DNA of 64,000 bases from Vicugna vicugna. Lineage: Eukaryota. Positions 25,601 to 37,810 of the stretch are shown piece after piece (the first letter of the stretch is position 1; every line of letters starts with the position of its first letter). The notes beneath the pieces were generated by a model that did no database searches, was not told where the DNA came from, and worked only from the letters and a program-made list of their open reading frames with translations. The position numbers and the translations under genes were made by a program. The DNA lies in NCBI GenBank assembly GCA_013265495.1, contig MU058065.1:1201527-1265526 (forward strand). Reading direction: 5' to 3'.

Positions 25601-27787
25601 AGGAAGTTATCAGAATCTGAGTTATTAAAATTCAATTTTCCCTCCCATTCCAGTCATTGCATCTTCTCCGAGACAGAGAATTCTGTTTTGCCCAGTACTA
25701 TCTATTCATCCAAACTAAAGTTTCCCAAGGCAATTTTGACTGTATATTTTGTTCAGCAGGAGAAAAATATCTTTTACATTTTTTGCATGTACTCAAATCA
25801 ATTTGAAAACACATTGTGAAAATATAAGTATTTAAATAATCAAGCTTCATATACATATGTAAAATATGTATGCAAATTAATATCTGGAATTTGCTGACTT
25901 CACGTAGGACCAAATCAACAGACTAGATTGCCTGGTTACAGTCTATAACCCATGCAAACCATGTCAGAATTGTTTTTCTGACAAAATCTTATAATGTGTC
26001 AAAAATGAATCCTTTAATTTTACTTTGATTATGCTTGAAATCCTACCCACAACCCCACAAATGGTCATGCTTATTTTTTCATTCCACTGTCATCAAAATG
26101 CAGCTGTTCTGCCCAAAATGGGAAGTGTTAGAGTTAAAACCAAGATAGCTTGTTGAAGTGACTACAAAGACACTGATTGCTTTTTTTTTTCCTCAAGAAG
26201 CAGATTACTTTGTAGTGAGTTTTTCTCCACTCCCTCCCTTCCCAAAATGGTTAAAATGGGCAAAGATCCTGTGAATGTGATAGCATCATAAATTAGATAT
26301 TTCCTCCTAACTTCCAGGTTATCATGGTGCTGTTTGCCCACATTCTAAAGATGCTGCACATTTCACAAGAGTCAGGGACTCACACAAAATGTCAGTGGCT
26401 GAGGTACTTTTTGAGCCTTTGCCCAAGTGTCTCCAGATGATTACAAGGCAGTATTTGCAAAGCAGATACAGTCAGTATAATAAATTGCTCACTGGAGCTA
26501 CAATAGAAACCATCTAATTGAATTGGGAGTCTGTGACTTACTCATTTTTTTAAACAATGGCCAACCCTCCTATCTCTAGGATTTTTATACTTCCCTCTCT
26601 AAACTTTGCCGATGCGCCGAGTCCTTAGGCTTCTTTATAAGCTCCTTATGAAGTTGTAGTATTTTTTCTTCAGGTTTGTTTTTACTGATTTCCTAATCTG
26701 TCAATGTCCTTCACAGAGTCCCCTCATTTGCTGAGTTGGCAAACATGTTGCACTTCCCACAGAAAAATAAACTAATTTTGGCATTTGTGGCTCAAAGTTT
26801 TTCATATTAATTTGCTTACCACTTGATTATACAGAAAATAAATTAGAGCATTGTCTAAAATGTGTACTAGGAGAGAAGTTAATTGCCACCTGTGTTCTAC
26901 AGTCATTGCTCCACACTAGTTGGTTATAAATTCTTGCATGTTAAAATGACCAAAACTATATCGTGTAAGCTCTTCAATTGGACTTCCCTTATTTTTGGAC
27001 TATATTTAGAAAAACATTCCAGTTTTACAGTACTAAAATAATTTTAAGATTTCTGAGTGATGATGAACAATATTATTTCATGTAATGGTTCTTCCAGATA
27101 GGGAATACCTACATTTCTTGCACATGAAAAATGCTGATAGTTGGACAAATTTGAGTGGAGACAACCCAACAAAATAAGTGTGTCTCAAGTAAAACAAGTC
27201 CATCTAAAGTTCTACAGAAAACATTTATTGTAATGAGAATAATGAAATCTTTCTGATATTGAGTGGTATTAAAAATATATATTTCTCAAAGAGGTTTGTG
27301 GCTAATCAGGAAGAAGCAGTTTCAGATTTGGTGTATGTCTGATAGTTTGGATTTTTTTCTTTTTTTTTTTGGTACTGTGCCTTTTCTTTTTCTTTTTTTT
27401 TTTTTTAAGAACATTGTAAAATATTTATGATATGGAATAGCAGATAAATAGCTAGCATGCACCACGTGAATGCCAATTAATACCCTGGAAAATATTTTCA
27501 ATGCTTTTAATAATTCAACATGGCTTATTTTACCAATGAAAATCTAGTTTAACCATTTCATTGGTAATGTAACTAAGTGGGTAAGAGGTATAAAACAGCC
27601 TGAGGCTCATTAAAGCCCGGGATGCCTTCACTGTGGCTTTATTTCTGTTCCACCTAATAAGACATGCAAACTTCAGCATTGAGTATCCCCAGCTAAAATC
27701 CATTCCATTTCACAATCAGATTGCTTGATCTGTTTAGTGCTGGATTCAATTAGCATGCTTAGAGAATCTGAAAAATGAGATACATAC

Positions 27788-28274
27788 CAAAATTTAAGTC
27801 CCCAGGGACAGCTAAGTGCAATATTCAGAAGGTGACTTGTGTCTGCCAGAGCCCTCTCCCGCGGCTGATCTCAGGGCAGCTCTGTAGGAGTAATCCAGCA
27901 CCATAAGAAATAGACTTGTAGTTCAGCTCAGTTTTTCTTCAATTAAAGTGCATTGTAGCTGGATGGGGAAAGTGTCCACTCCCAGATTCTTCATCACTAG
28001 CGATCAAAGCATTCTTGATGTTCTTCCTATCAGATAAAATGGCCTTTAAAGTTTGCTAGGAAGATGCGGTGGCAGAAGACAGGTGCTTGCTTCCTTAAAT
28101 CGACATTCAGAGAAAAGAGGGCATAGCTAATGGGTGGGGATGAACACACAGCCCCTCTCCTTCCAGGTCCAGCAGGGAAGAAATTGAATAATTTTTACCC
28201 ACTTTGCTACATAGATGATTACAAGACTCGAAGCAATCACCCGGGCTGGCTAAGGTGCCTCATTTGATTATATT
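27788..28274 (-). other. NYAP2: Predicted non-coding 5'UTR exon of NYAP2 (487 nt; transcripts could also start inside it)
   Basis: Strong acceptor ttctgattttttgttttcatttatttttgtcttcacAG (AG at 28276-28275) with a branch-point-like CTGAT. Donor TTG|GTATGT at 27788/27787. Repeat-free sequence. Inferred from splice signals only. Confidence 0.6.
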
Positions 28275-28430
28275 CTGTGAAGACAAAAATAAATGAAAAC
28301 AAAAAATCAGAAGCATCCTTTCTACATGTCTCCTTTCAGCCAAAAAGATGCTCTTTCTCATTGCCACTTACATGCAGAGGGTTTGGAGCAGCCTAGCTTG
28401 TGGCATCGTCCCTCCCCCGTGACAACCAGC

Positions 28431-28506
28431 CTTCTCTCTCATCCTCTCTCACCCCTCCCGCCCTGCCCCGACTCCCTCCCTTCCTGCTCCTCTCTCTCCT
28501 CTCCAG
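28431..28506 (-). promoter_or_regulatory. Polypurine/G-tract element with GC box (potential G-quadruplex) in predicted intron 1
   Basis: Minus strand GGGAGGGAGTCGGGGCAGGGCGGGAGGGG (28480-28452) has six G-runs and GGGCGG, inside a long pyrimidine tract on +. Confidence 0.5.
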
Positions 28507-28566
28507 CTGCCTTAGTCTGTTGATGCTGCTGCTGATTAATCAGGGATTCTGAAACAAAGAACCTAC

Positions 28567-28853
28567 CTTCTGAAATAAGCAGCAATCTTTCTTCTCTGTT
28601 TCTGCAATCCGTCTGCACTGAACGGCAAAGCCGCCAGCATTCTAGCACCTTGGATAGTTCCTGCTCACTAGGCCCACTGGAAAAGGGAGGAGAAGCAACT
28701 GAAGAAATGGCAAGAAACCCGAAAGCAGCATCGTTCTACTTCGGATTTCGGCTCCCTGGGGCCTCCCATCCTCATTAAAGGCCTCACATCTAGGCAACAG
28801 AGCCTCTCTCTTTTATCTATCTGAGCTGAGGTCTGATGAGTAAATAATAAAGT
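28567..28853 (-). other. NYAP2: Predicted first non-coding exon of NYAP2
   Basis: Strong donor AAG|GTAGGT at 28567/28566. The 5' end is inferred from the TATA/Inr pair. Confidence 0.5.
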
Positions 28854-28885
28854 GAAAAGGGGGTAAAGAAACCCCTTCATTTATA
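28849..28885 (-). promoter_or_regulatory. Predicted core promoter: TATA box plus initiator
   Basis: Minus strand TATAAATG at 28885-28878 (fits TATAWAWR). Inr-like TCACTTT (YYANWYY) with A+1 at 28853, 32 nt downstream of the first T. Confidence 0.5.
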
Positions 28886-29079
28886 GCCACTACAATGCTA
28901 ATTCAGTCTTTATGGAAACAAAATATATATATAAATCCATTAAAAATAAATTTTCTTGCTACCAAGGATGTTTAAGTTATAAGCTTTTCTCACCCCTGGC
29001 ACAGCTAATGAAAATGAGCAACAGCTTAAACGGAACAGTCCGATCTCAGTTTGATACCCTTATTTGATATCAGTTTTGC

Positions 29080-29270
29080 CTCCACCCTCCCTGCGCAGCC
29101 GAGCCAGGCACACAATTACTGCTGACGTTCTTCAGGCGGCTGCTTGGGGAAAGAGGGGAGGAGCCTTTTAACCTCATCAAAACAGCTTCATGCCACCTGC
29201 TTCCATGGCATGAAGGGAAAAAAAAAAAAGCAACTAGCCCACTTAGAACACACACGGCACCTGCCAATGT
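29080..29270. promoter_or_regulatory. Proximal promoter-like motif cluster
   Basis: Locally GC-richer. TGCGCA 29092-29097, CRE half-site TGACG 29123-29127, E-boxes CACCTG 29194-29199 and 29258-29263, CCAAT 29264-29268. Confidence 0.35.
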
Positions 29271-32200
29271 GGAATAAAGGTCTCACTTGGGATACATTTT
29301 TTTTTAACAAAAATAAGATGTGAATTAACTCTGACACGTGTGTCACTTACTCCTATAGAATCACTGTTGAAATTGTTTAAAGTCATTCTATTCCCTACAT
29401 TTACTGGGAACTCTCCTCACACAGGTCTTAATATCCTACTGACTATGTACACGTATAACATGTTACATAATTCAACCTATGTTCATACGTGTGTGTATAT
29501 ACAGAAATATATGTGTGTGTATACACAGACGCACACACACACATCAAGTCTGCAGTTTTTATCCAACCTGCTTTTCCTCAGAGGAAAACCTCCAACAAAG
29601 TATAATGTAGCTGTTTTTATGTGTAAGCTGGTACTATGGTAAAAGTGACAATAGGCAAAAATTTATTTCATTGGGGCTAAAATATCAATTTTGAGAGGGG
29701 AAAAATTAGCTTATTAAACAGTGACCTATAGATCTTTGTCCCATCACATTCTTTTCCAATAACTCTTAGTATAAATTACCTTCACTCAAAAGCTAATTTT
29801 CCCAAGGGTTAACCTAAACATCGAAATTCATAACTAGATTCTTAGAAAAAATGTGTTCTGAATGCAATTTTTCATGTATCAAGAGATGACAAGAAAATAA
29901 TAAACTTAAGTTCACTTTCCTGATTTTTAAATGCCATCTGGGACTCTAGTACAATTTTAGTACAATTTTATAATTTTTTTAACTTGTAAGTATCTGTAGG
30001 AAGATAAAATCAACATATTACATTATCATAAGACTTTCAGCTTTCACATGTCCTGAAGTATATTCCTAAATTGAATCACAGAAGTCATTTATTTCCTGTT
30101 CTTGATCACCTACTTTTTGTTTGGAACAGTGTATCTGTTTAATGCCCTCTGGAAGATTAGACAGATGAAAAGAAGGAAGGGAAATGTAATTGGAAAAGAG
30201 AAGAAGCCATCTCTTTCTCTTTATGTCTCTCTCTCTCTTTCTCAATACCCCTCACTCTTACTCCTCCCACCTCCAGCTTCTAAAGATCCCAAAACATGGC
30301 ACATTATAGAAAAGTGCCACAAGTACCACTTACAAACTAGTAACAGCCACCATACTGTGATCAAAGGTTTTAGCAATGTGTTATTAATAACAGTCAAATG
30401 TCCCCCTAGAAATTGTCTTTCAGCACATGACCAAAAGCAGAAAAGATTCTTTATAAAGAAATTATATGACAGACATTTTAGGAATTGGAAATGCTTTACC
30501 ATGCCTGATAATTCTAGCAGGTTTGGGAAGGCTATATTTTTTAACCACAGAGCTTGAGTAGACCCTGGTGTAGACCCTGTTTCTACATATGAGAAAATTA
30601 CCATCCAGATAAGTACACTGACCTCAGACCTCACATTCATCAGCTCACTAGGACCAGGACCTAGGGTCACTGGAATGACTATGTATCTCTTCATCTTTGG
30701 CCAACACAGTGGTTCTCAGGCACCTTGATTTCATGCACCAGGATAATTTCAAATAAAGCAAGAAAACACTGGCATATGGTTACTAACTATAAAAAGAACT
30801 GACATTTTTACCACAAAAATTTCAAAAGTTAAAGGGATTTTTATCCCCCCAGAATAAGAACGTATTTATAATAATGTGTGGTCCTTTAAACTTATTATTT
30901 TCAACTTTATGAAAATGTATAATTATTGTGGTTTCCCTTCCTTTCTTCTTCCCTTCCTTCCTTCTGTCTTTCCCCTTCTTTTCACAGCACAGGACTTGGG
31001 AACCAACATGCTATGTCAGCCCCATCTCACCAGTCCCTCTCCCTCCTCACCCCGGGCCACAGGGTCTATTGGTTGGGCAATGTCTTCTCTGGGGATACAT
31101 TAGTGAACAAGAATCTATAGCATATTTGAGGGTTGGTGCCTAGACGTTCCCCAGAACTACTTCTTTCATCTCACTGAATGAAACCATAAAGGGCCTATAC
31201 TTTCACATGATCAGAGAACCAAATGTAAAATTCATTTCTACTCGTTTCAAGAATATGTAGAGAAAAATGCACTGGACAGAATTAAAGTTGAAAATCCCTC
31301 TATTAAGAACAAAAGTATAGAAGCGACAAAGCTCAAATTATAGTTATGTGTTGGCCTATTTCTTAAGCATTTCATAAACTACACATATGGTTCTGCTGCC
31401 AAAAGGAAACCAGTCATCGATATGCCTCATGACTCACTTCTTTTTTAAAGTTCTTAAGCCAGGGTAGTTTGGCTTAAGACTCTGCTGACTGACAGAGTTG
31501 ATGTTGCTGGGTTAAATAGGTCCCTTCTGTGAACTGAGAGAGACAGGAGAGTCAGAGCCCTGAAAGTGTTTCTTAGCCTATAAACCTGCCAGATGGTGGG
31601 GAGTACTTTTTGGATAAAAGTGATGCAAATGAGAGAAGTGAGAATTGAGACTGAGCAATCTAGCTACCTAAATTTTGAGGGGCTTATTTAAATATATCAA
31701 GAGGTACTCTCTAAAGTCATGTCATAATTTATAATAAAGCCTTTCTAGTTTTTTCCATGATCTGTAATTTTTCTATTATTCTTTCCACATTTAGCTTAGG
31801 GAGATGACACCTCTGTTGCAATGAAATTACCCCACTAGGGAAAAAGCTAATCACCTTCCCATCCAATCAGGATTTCTAAGCATTCTGGTAACAGCATGAA
31901 ATTAAAGTCTTGGTAGAATGAGAACCATATGTTCCTCATGATTTTTGCCCATACAACAATATAGGTGTCAACAGAATTGCACATATGATTTAGGAAACAC
32001 GGGGCAGCGGATGACAATATGGCGCTCCAGGATCCAGAGTACTGAGTAACTCAAGGAAAAAAAGATTTTTTTGTCTAATAATACACACAAAAGCTATCCT
32101 TATACTGTTAGGGGAGCAAATTGTCCGTAAATGGAAATTCCCATGGCAGGAAATATATGAATTGATCCAGACATCCCTCCTTTGTTTTCTCTTGTAGATA

Positions 32201-32945
32201 TTTTCCAGCAATGGTTTCACACTTATAATAAATGTATTCATATCTGTACTCAGATATCATTTTTAATTGCTAAAAGAAGATCGACACATTCTAGTGGAAT
32301 AGACACTCCCAGTCCAACCAACCATCTCCCTTCTTTGTATGGATAATTTTCATTCAAGTTTTAAAAATCAGGTTTATCTTACCCTGGTAGTCTGTACTGA
32401 CGTACCACAGTCAAAATCATGATGCTTGTTCTCTGTGTTATGAAATATTCCGCCAAAAAATACTCCTCCAATAAAAAATAGAGCCCTATGTGTCTTTCAT
32501 TCTGACAAATATACTTACTTTATTCTCCAAGTGTGCTAGTCTGAGATTCCTGCAAGAAAGGGACCCTTCCATCCTATCCCCAGGGCCCCAGCTCACTAAT
32601 GGCGTCTGGACAGTGGTAGGAATGTGCTGAATGCATGCCCAACTCCAGATCTTAGCTGCTGGCATGGCCTGTACAAGTAGAAAATTCAAAACTACCCCTG
32701 TACTGAACATGACATTCTCTTTTTAAAAAATTCTAAATCAAAATTATGAAATCAAGTTAGCGACCCTAAAACTCAAATACTGGGGGAGGTAAACATCTTT
32801 TTGAAGGGACTCCATGTTCTTCTAACTGGAAAATAAAAAATAACCAATTTGAAACTGGCTAGAAATAAAGAGATAGTATCATTGAAAGACCAACTGAATA
32901 CATAAGTATAAGAACTATTTTTTGGGAAAATAAAATTTTTCTGAG

Positions 32946-33323
32946 AGTCTTGGTCAACTCGGGCTGCAATAACTAAACACCAGAGACTGGCTGGTTTAAA
33001 CAGCAGACACTTATTTCCCACTGTTTCAGAGGCTGAGAAGTCCAAGATCAAGGTGCTAGTAGATTCAGTTTATAGAGAGGGCTCTTTCTCTGGCTTAAAG
33101 ACAGCCACCTTCTTGCTGTGTCCTCACAGGGCAGAGAGAGTGAGAGCTCTGGTCTGCCTTCCTTTTCCTAGAAGGACACTAATGTCATCATGGGGCCCCA
33201 CCCTCGTGACCTCATCTAAATCTAATGATCTCCCAAATGCCCAACTACCAAATCCCAACACTCTGGGGGTTAGAGTTTCTACAAATGACTTTTGGGGGTG
33301 ACACAAACATTCAGTCCATAACA
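32946..33323 (-). mobile_element. MLT1A-type MaLR solo LTR
   Basis: gtcttggtcaactcgggctgcaataac...gaggctgagaagtccaagatcaaggtgc...gacctcatctaaatctaat...gacacaaacattcagtccataaca. Confidence 0.9.
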
Positions 33324-33720
33324 GAAACATAGGAGATATGGGAAAATAGAAATATGCCTTCTGGAAAAGGATCAATTATGTAAATAATTACTTTTTACTA
33401 AAATGGCTTCAAAGCACATGTGATTTCAATTTAAAAGAAAAATGTTTGGTGGAGTTTGAAAAGTCAATAGATATTTTAACAGATATTTTCTTGACTAAAT
33501 ATTAGAACATTCTCCAAAGCTTGATTTTATTGTGTTATATGACAAGAATTAACTGTAAATCAATAGAAGAGATTAGAAAGTCCAGCAAAAGCAGAGATGG
33601 GTATTTAGCACATGATAAATACAGCATTGCATATCAATAAGTAATGCAATTAAGTAAACAGAGGAATGCATACACATGCACATAAAGAATTTTTACAGTT
33701 GCTTGCAAAATAAATCTAGA

Positions 33721-33883
33721 CATTTGCTACTCTAAGTGTGGTCCAAGAACCTGCAGTGTCCGCATCATCTGGGGGCTTGTTAAATATGTAAAACTTGGTC
33801 TCATCCCAGACCATCTGAGTCAGGAGTGCATTTTAACACATGCCCAGGTGACTGGTATGCATATTAACTTTGCAAAGGAATGC
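33721..33883. mobile_element. MER5A-like hAT-Charlie element
   Basis: aagtgtggtccaagaacctgcag...catcatctgggggcttgttaaatatg...catcccagacc...tgcattttaacacatgcccaggtgactggtatgcatatt. Confidence 0.8.
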
Positions 33884-33889
33884 CCAGGT

Positions 33890-34090
33890 AAAATTCCTAC
33901 GATGATGGAAATGGTTTATATTTGTGCTGTCAAAGATGATCAGTTAATGTATAGCTCTTTGTGGCTACTGAGCACTTGAAACGTTGTCGTTGGTGCAATT
34001 GAGGAAATAAATTTTAAATTGTATTTTCTTTTAATTAACTTAAGTTTAAAGTTCACATGTGGATAGCCACTACCATATTAGACAATGCAA
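33890..34090 (+). mobile_element. MER3-like hAT-Charlie element
   Basis: cgatgatggaaatggtttatatttgtgctgtc...tgtggctactgagcacttgaaa...cacatgtggatagccactaccatattagaca. Confidence 0.85.
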
Positions 34091-34859
34091 CTCTAGACCT
34101 TCCTTTGAACTATTTGTATATTAATTAGATTAATTTACTGAAAGAAACTGTAATATGATCTTGGGGTGGAAATGACCTATCTAAAGATAACATCAAAGCT
34201 AGAAACAATTAAATGACAACCAACTGAACTGAATATATACAAATATAAGATATTTAAATGGGAAATGATTATAAATAAAGTTATCATTTAAGTGAAAAGT
34301 TGTGAAATTATCTGCAGCACATATGAAAGCCAAACTGTTACACATTCCTCTTATATTAATACAAACAAAAAGACTTATAAATAAGCAAAAAATAAACACG
34401 GTACTAACCAAGGACAAAGGACAGGAAAGGGTCATTCACAAAATAAGAATGTGAAATGACAAATAAATACAGAAAGAGATGTTTAACCTCAGTAATAAAA
34501 AAATGCAAATTAAAGTAACTAATGAGTCTTAATATTTTATAGTTTCCCTTGCTGGTAAACATATGGGAAAATGGATAGTTATATGAATGTATGCAACCAA
34601 AATCAAGGTAAATATGTTCATTTAAAATTTCTTTTTAGTGAACACAGCCTTTGAAATAATAATTCTACCTTAATGTCATCATAAATGGGCAAAATTGTGT
34701 TTGAATCATTTATGGTTTGTAATAACAGAAATTTGAAAACTTCTTAAATATTCAGCAACAAGAGATCAAAAATTAAATTATTATGCAAGCATTAAAATTA
34801 TAATACAGATCTACATTCATTTCTATGAATGTGGGTGTGGTAAGGAGGTAACAGAAAGG

Positions 34860-35180
34860 AATGTTGGACTGGAGTTCTGCTCACTCCTACCTCCAAACAG
34901 CCTGACAGTGGTCAAGCAATAGAATCTCTCCCTCTGTCTCAGTTTATTGATCTAAAAATGACAATAGTATTAATGCAAAGTCATAAATTTATTATGAAGA
35001 TTAAATAAGTTAATATATGTAAAAGTCTATGTAAAAAAACTGTCCAGCATTTGATATGTAAAAGTCTATGTAAAAATTGTCTACCATTAGTGTAAAGTCA
35101 TAAATTTATTATGAAGATTAAGTTAGTTAATATATATAAAAGTCTATGCAGAAAACTGTCTGGCATTTGGTGTGCTAGCT
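34860..35180 (+). mobile_element. MIR with internal tandem duplication
   Basis: tgtctcagtttattgatctaaaaatg...tattatgaagattaaataagttaatatatgtaaaag; an ~85-bp unit occurs twice. Confidence 0.7.
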
Positions 35181-35279
35181 GCTCTCAGCAGCAGATTTAA
35201 TCACCACAACAGTGCGCGGCGTTTGGAAAGATAGCCGACACCATGCCTAGCACCCGTTCACTCCCGTTTCCAAATTCAG

Positions 35280-35760
35280 TGGCTATTTCCCTGCCGGGAT
35301 CGTTCCACTTGAAGTGCTATTTCATCACCCATGTCTTCTGTTTCCTCTCCTAGTTCCTTGACTTCTTCGTCTTCTTTTCTGGCTCTCTCCTCCACTTGGG
35401 TTCTAAGTGTCGGAATGTTCCAGACCTCAGGCCCGGCGCTCTGTCTCAACTTGTCCATATCATCTCCCAGGTCCTCTGATCAAAAAAGGAAAACCAACCC
35501 CCTGACTCATTATCACACCAACCAAATCGCTGTCTCTGCAAATACTTATCATCACTTGATATTATCTTGTTTGTGCACACATGTATGCACACACACATAT
35601 GTAATATATTTTTATTCCTATTTCAACATTATCAGTTTCTCTTTGCTAGAATACGAGCCTCATGAGAACAGGAAGCTTCCAAGTGCTTGCTAATCTGTGC
35701 ATCCCAGCAAAGAGAGCAGTGGCTTGTGTATAGGAGGCATTAAACTTAAATTTATTAAAT
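35280..35760 (+). mobile_element. L2 fragments
   Basis: ctaagtgtcggaatgttccagacctcaggccc...ctagaatacgagcctcatgagaacagg...atcccagc...agcagtggcttgtgtataggaggcatt. Confidence 0.65.
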
Positions 35761-35859
35761 AGCTAGCTATATTACATAGGCCATAATATGGTATGATATA
35801 TGGATTTACACATCCATATAAGACTTATGCATATACATAATGCTCATAATAACAGTAGC

Positions 35860-36032
35860 TCATAATAATAATAGCAAACACATGCATAACGTTTATTACA
35901 TGCTCTGCTTAATTCATTCCATCACACGCCAACCTTGCATGGTAGGAATTCTAATTCTCCTCACTTTACAAAGTAGAATATTGAGGTGGAGTTTAAGTGA
36001 TTTGTCCAGGTTACGCAATTATTATATGTAGA
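35860..36032 (-). mobile_element. MIR SINE
   Basis: aataatagcaaacacatgcataacgtttatta...ctcactttacaaagtag...ttaagtgatttgtccaggttacgca. Confidence 0.7.
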
Positions 36033-37639
36033 GGGAAATTCCTAGTACAGAAAAAAATGACATAATTGTGTTTATGCCTGAGTGTGATATTTTTGCTTTT
36101 AAAAAAAAATAGGTCTATGCGTTCCTTAGTTTTCTCAAATAAGCACGCATTGTTTTAATAATAATTTTATATGGCAATTTGAGGGAAAATATCAATCTCT
36201 GGCTTCACAAAATTCCCCCTGAAAGTGGAGCCTGTGGAATCTGTGGGTTTCCATTTATTTTTAAAATGAGAAGACTGGGTCAGGAGGATTTGTGAAATGG
36301 AAATGTCGCCAGTGCCTCACTGAGTTGGCAATATCTGCAAAAAAGAGATAAAGAATTCAGAAGTGCGTACAAGTAGTGTATTGGCCAGATTAAGATTTGG
36401 GGAAAAGTTATAAAGAAAAAGGGATTACAGGTGGAAGCACAACCTGCCTAATGAACAGATTTACAACAGACTTCAGGAGACTGTGTCCTTCCGGACTGGG
36501 GCCAGCTTGGTTGGCGTAGTCAGTACCAAGCAAGTCTCACCCACTTTCTCAGCTTCAGCCGCATAAAATGCTACAGCCTGTCTTGCCTGACTGGAGACCG
36601 TGTAGTCTTACTTAAGCTCATACAGAGTTAATCAGTATTTGAAAATACCCATTAGTAATTAGAGAGAAGAGTGGAAGAAATAAATGAAACTTGCAGCCTA
36701 CAATATATTCTCCTCCAAGCCTACTTTTTACTTCATTTAGTTAATCCAAATAAAGTAATTCCAGGGAATTTTAATTTTAAGGCAGATAAAGGGGATCAGA
36801 GGAAATTTATCACTAAAGTAAGGCATGAGGTACCAACACTCTCTCAAAACGTTCAATGAAAAAATGATAAATTCAAGGCTATCATTTTTAACCATCTGAT
36901 CTTTTTCTAAGTCTATGTTGACTATGAATTAGATTTAAGGTGCTTGTGGATAAAATTTCAACTTAATTGAACTATAGTTCTCATTATGGGTTGCTGGCCA
37001 TTATTCTGAGGTCAAATTTAAATTCAAAAACAGGACTTGGAGATCATGCACTGTAACCCCCTCATGAAGCAGGTCAGGAAATTGAAGTCAGAATGTTAAA
37101 CAGAACACCTAAGAATACAGAGCTGCTTCTTTGGGTGCCCGGAACCAGTTAGTTCTCTTTCTAGTCTACAACAATTTATTTTCAGCCATAGATTTTTTTT
37201 TTTAAGTTCTTTCCCCCAGAAGATAGCAAGAATGAAGTAGCATATTTTAAATGTAATTTAGGAGTAAAAAGGCTTTTATGGAAAGGTGAAGTAGATACCG
37301 AACTATCCGCAGGGATCTGAGAGGTATCAGGCAGGTCTTGGATACAATTGTGAGGTGTTTTTCTGGACATCCCAGGAATCCCTTTCAACTTTCCCCACCC
37401 TAATACCATTCGACACCCTCAGCCAGCTGCCTGCTGCCATCTACCTGACTCCGAGAGGCTACCCTCAAGACAGAATCTGCTGTTAGTTCCAGTTTGCACT
37501 CCAGCTTTCCTGCATTTGAAAAGCTCTGTCCCTGGATATCCACGTGTGTGGCCACCCTGAACACTGCACCGCCCACCCCTCCCCGCCCCCAGCCGCTTCC
37601 TGAATGTCCACCCTCAGTTATTATCTTACTACCCAGTTG

Positions 37640-37810
37640 GCTCTGGAGCTAGATTCACCTGGATTTACAGCTCCGCTTTAGTCTTAGCTAGTTGTGCAAC
37701 CTTGGGCAAGTATTTAACTTCACTGTGGATCCACTTCCTCATGGGAATAATTGTAATAGGACCTACCTCACAGAACTGTGATGATTAAACACGTGACTCT
37801 TTGCAAAATG
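37640..37810 (+). mobile_element. MIR SINE
   Basis: ggctctggagctagattcacctggattt...agttgtgcaaccttgggcaagtatttaacttc...aataggacctacctcacagaactgtg. Confidence 0.8.

Larger units (their letters stand above)
33480..34820 (+). mobile_element. Ancient L1M(E) fragment interrupted by MER5A and MER3
   Basis: A-rich degraded L1 motifs, e.g. cattcacaaaataagaatgtgaaatgacaaataaatacagaaaagagatgtttaacctcagtaataaaaaaatgcaaattaaag. Confidence 0.6.

Noticed and set aside
28485..28510. + strand acceptor-like tract (tctctctcctctccAG) suggesting an antisense transcript
   Set aside because: Explained by the polypurine tract of the minus strand; no supported partner exon.
30102..30694. Overlapping 151-aa and 150-aa ORFs on opposite strands
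   Set aside because: No recognisable domain or splice support; includes a CT-rich simple repeat; consistent with chance.
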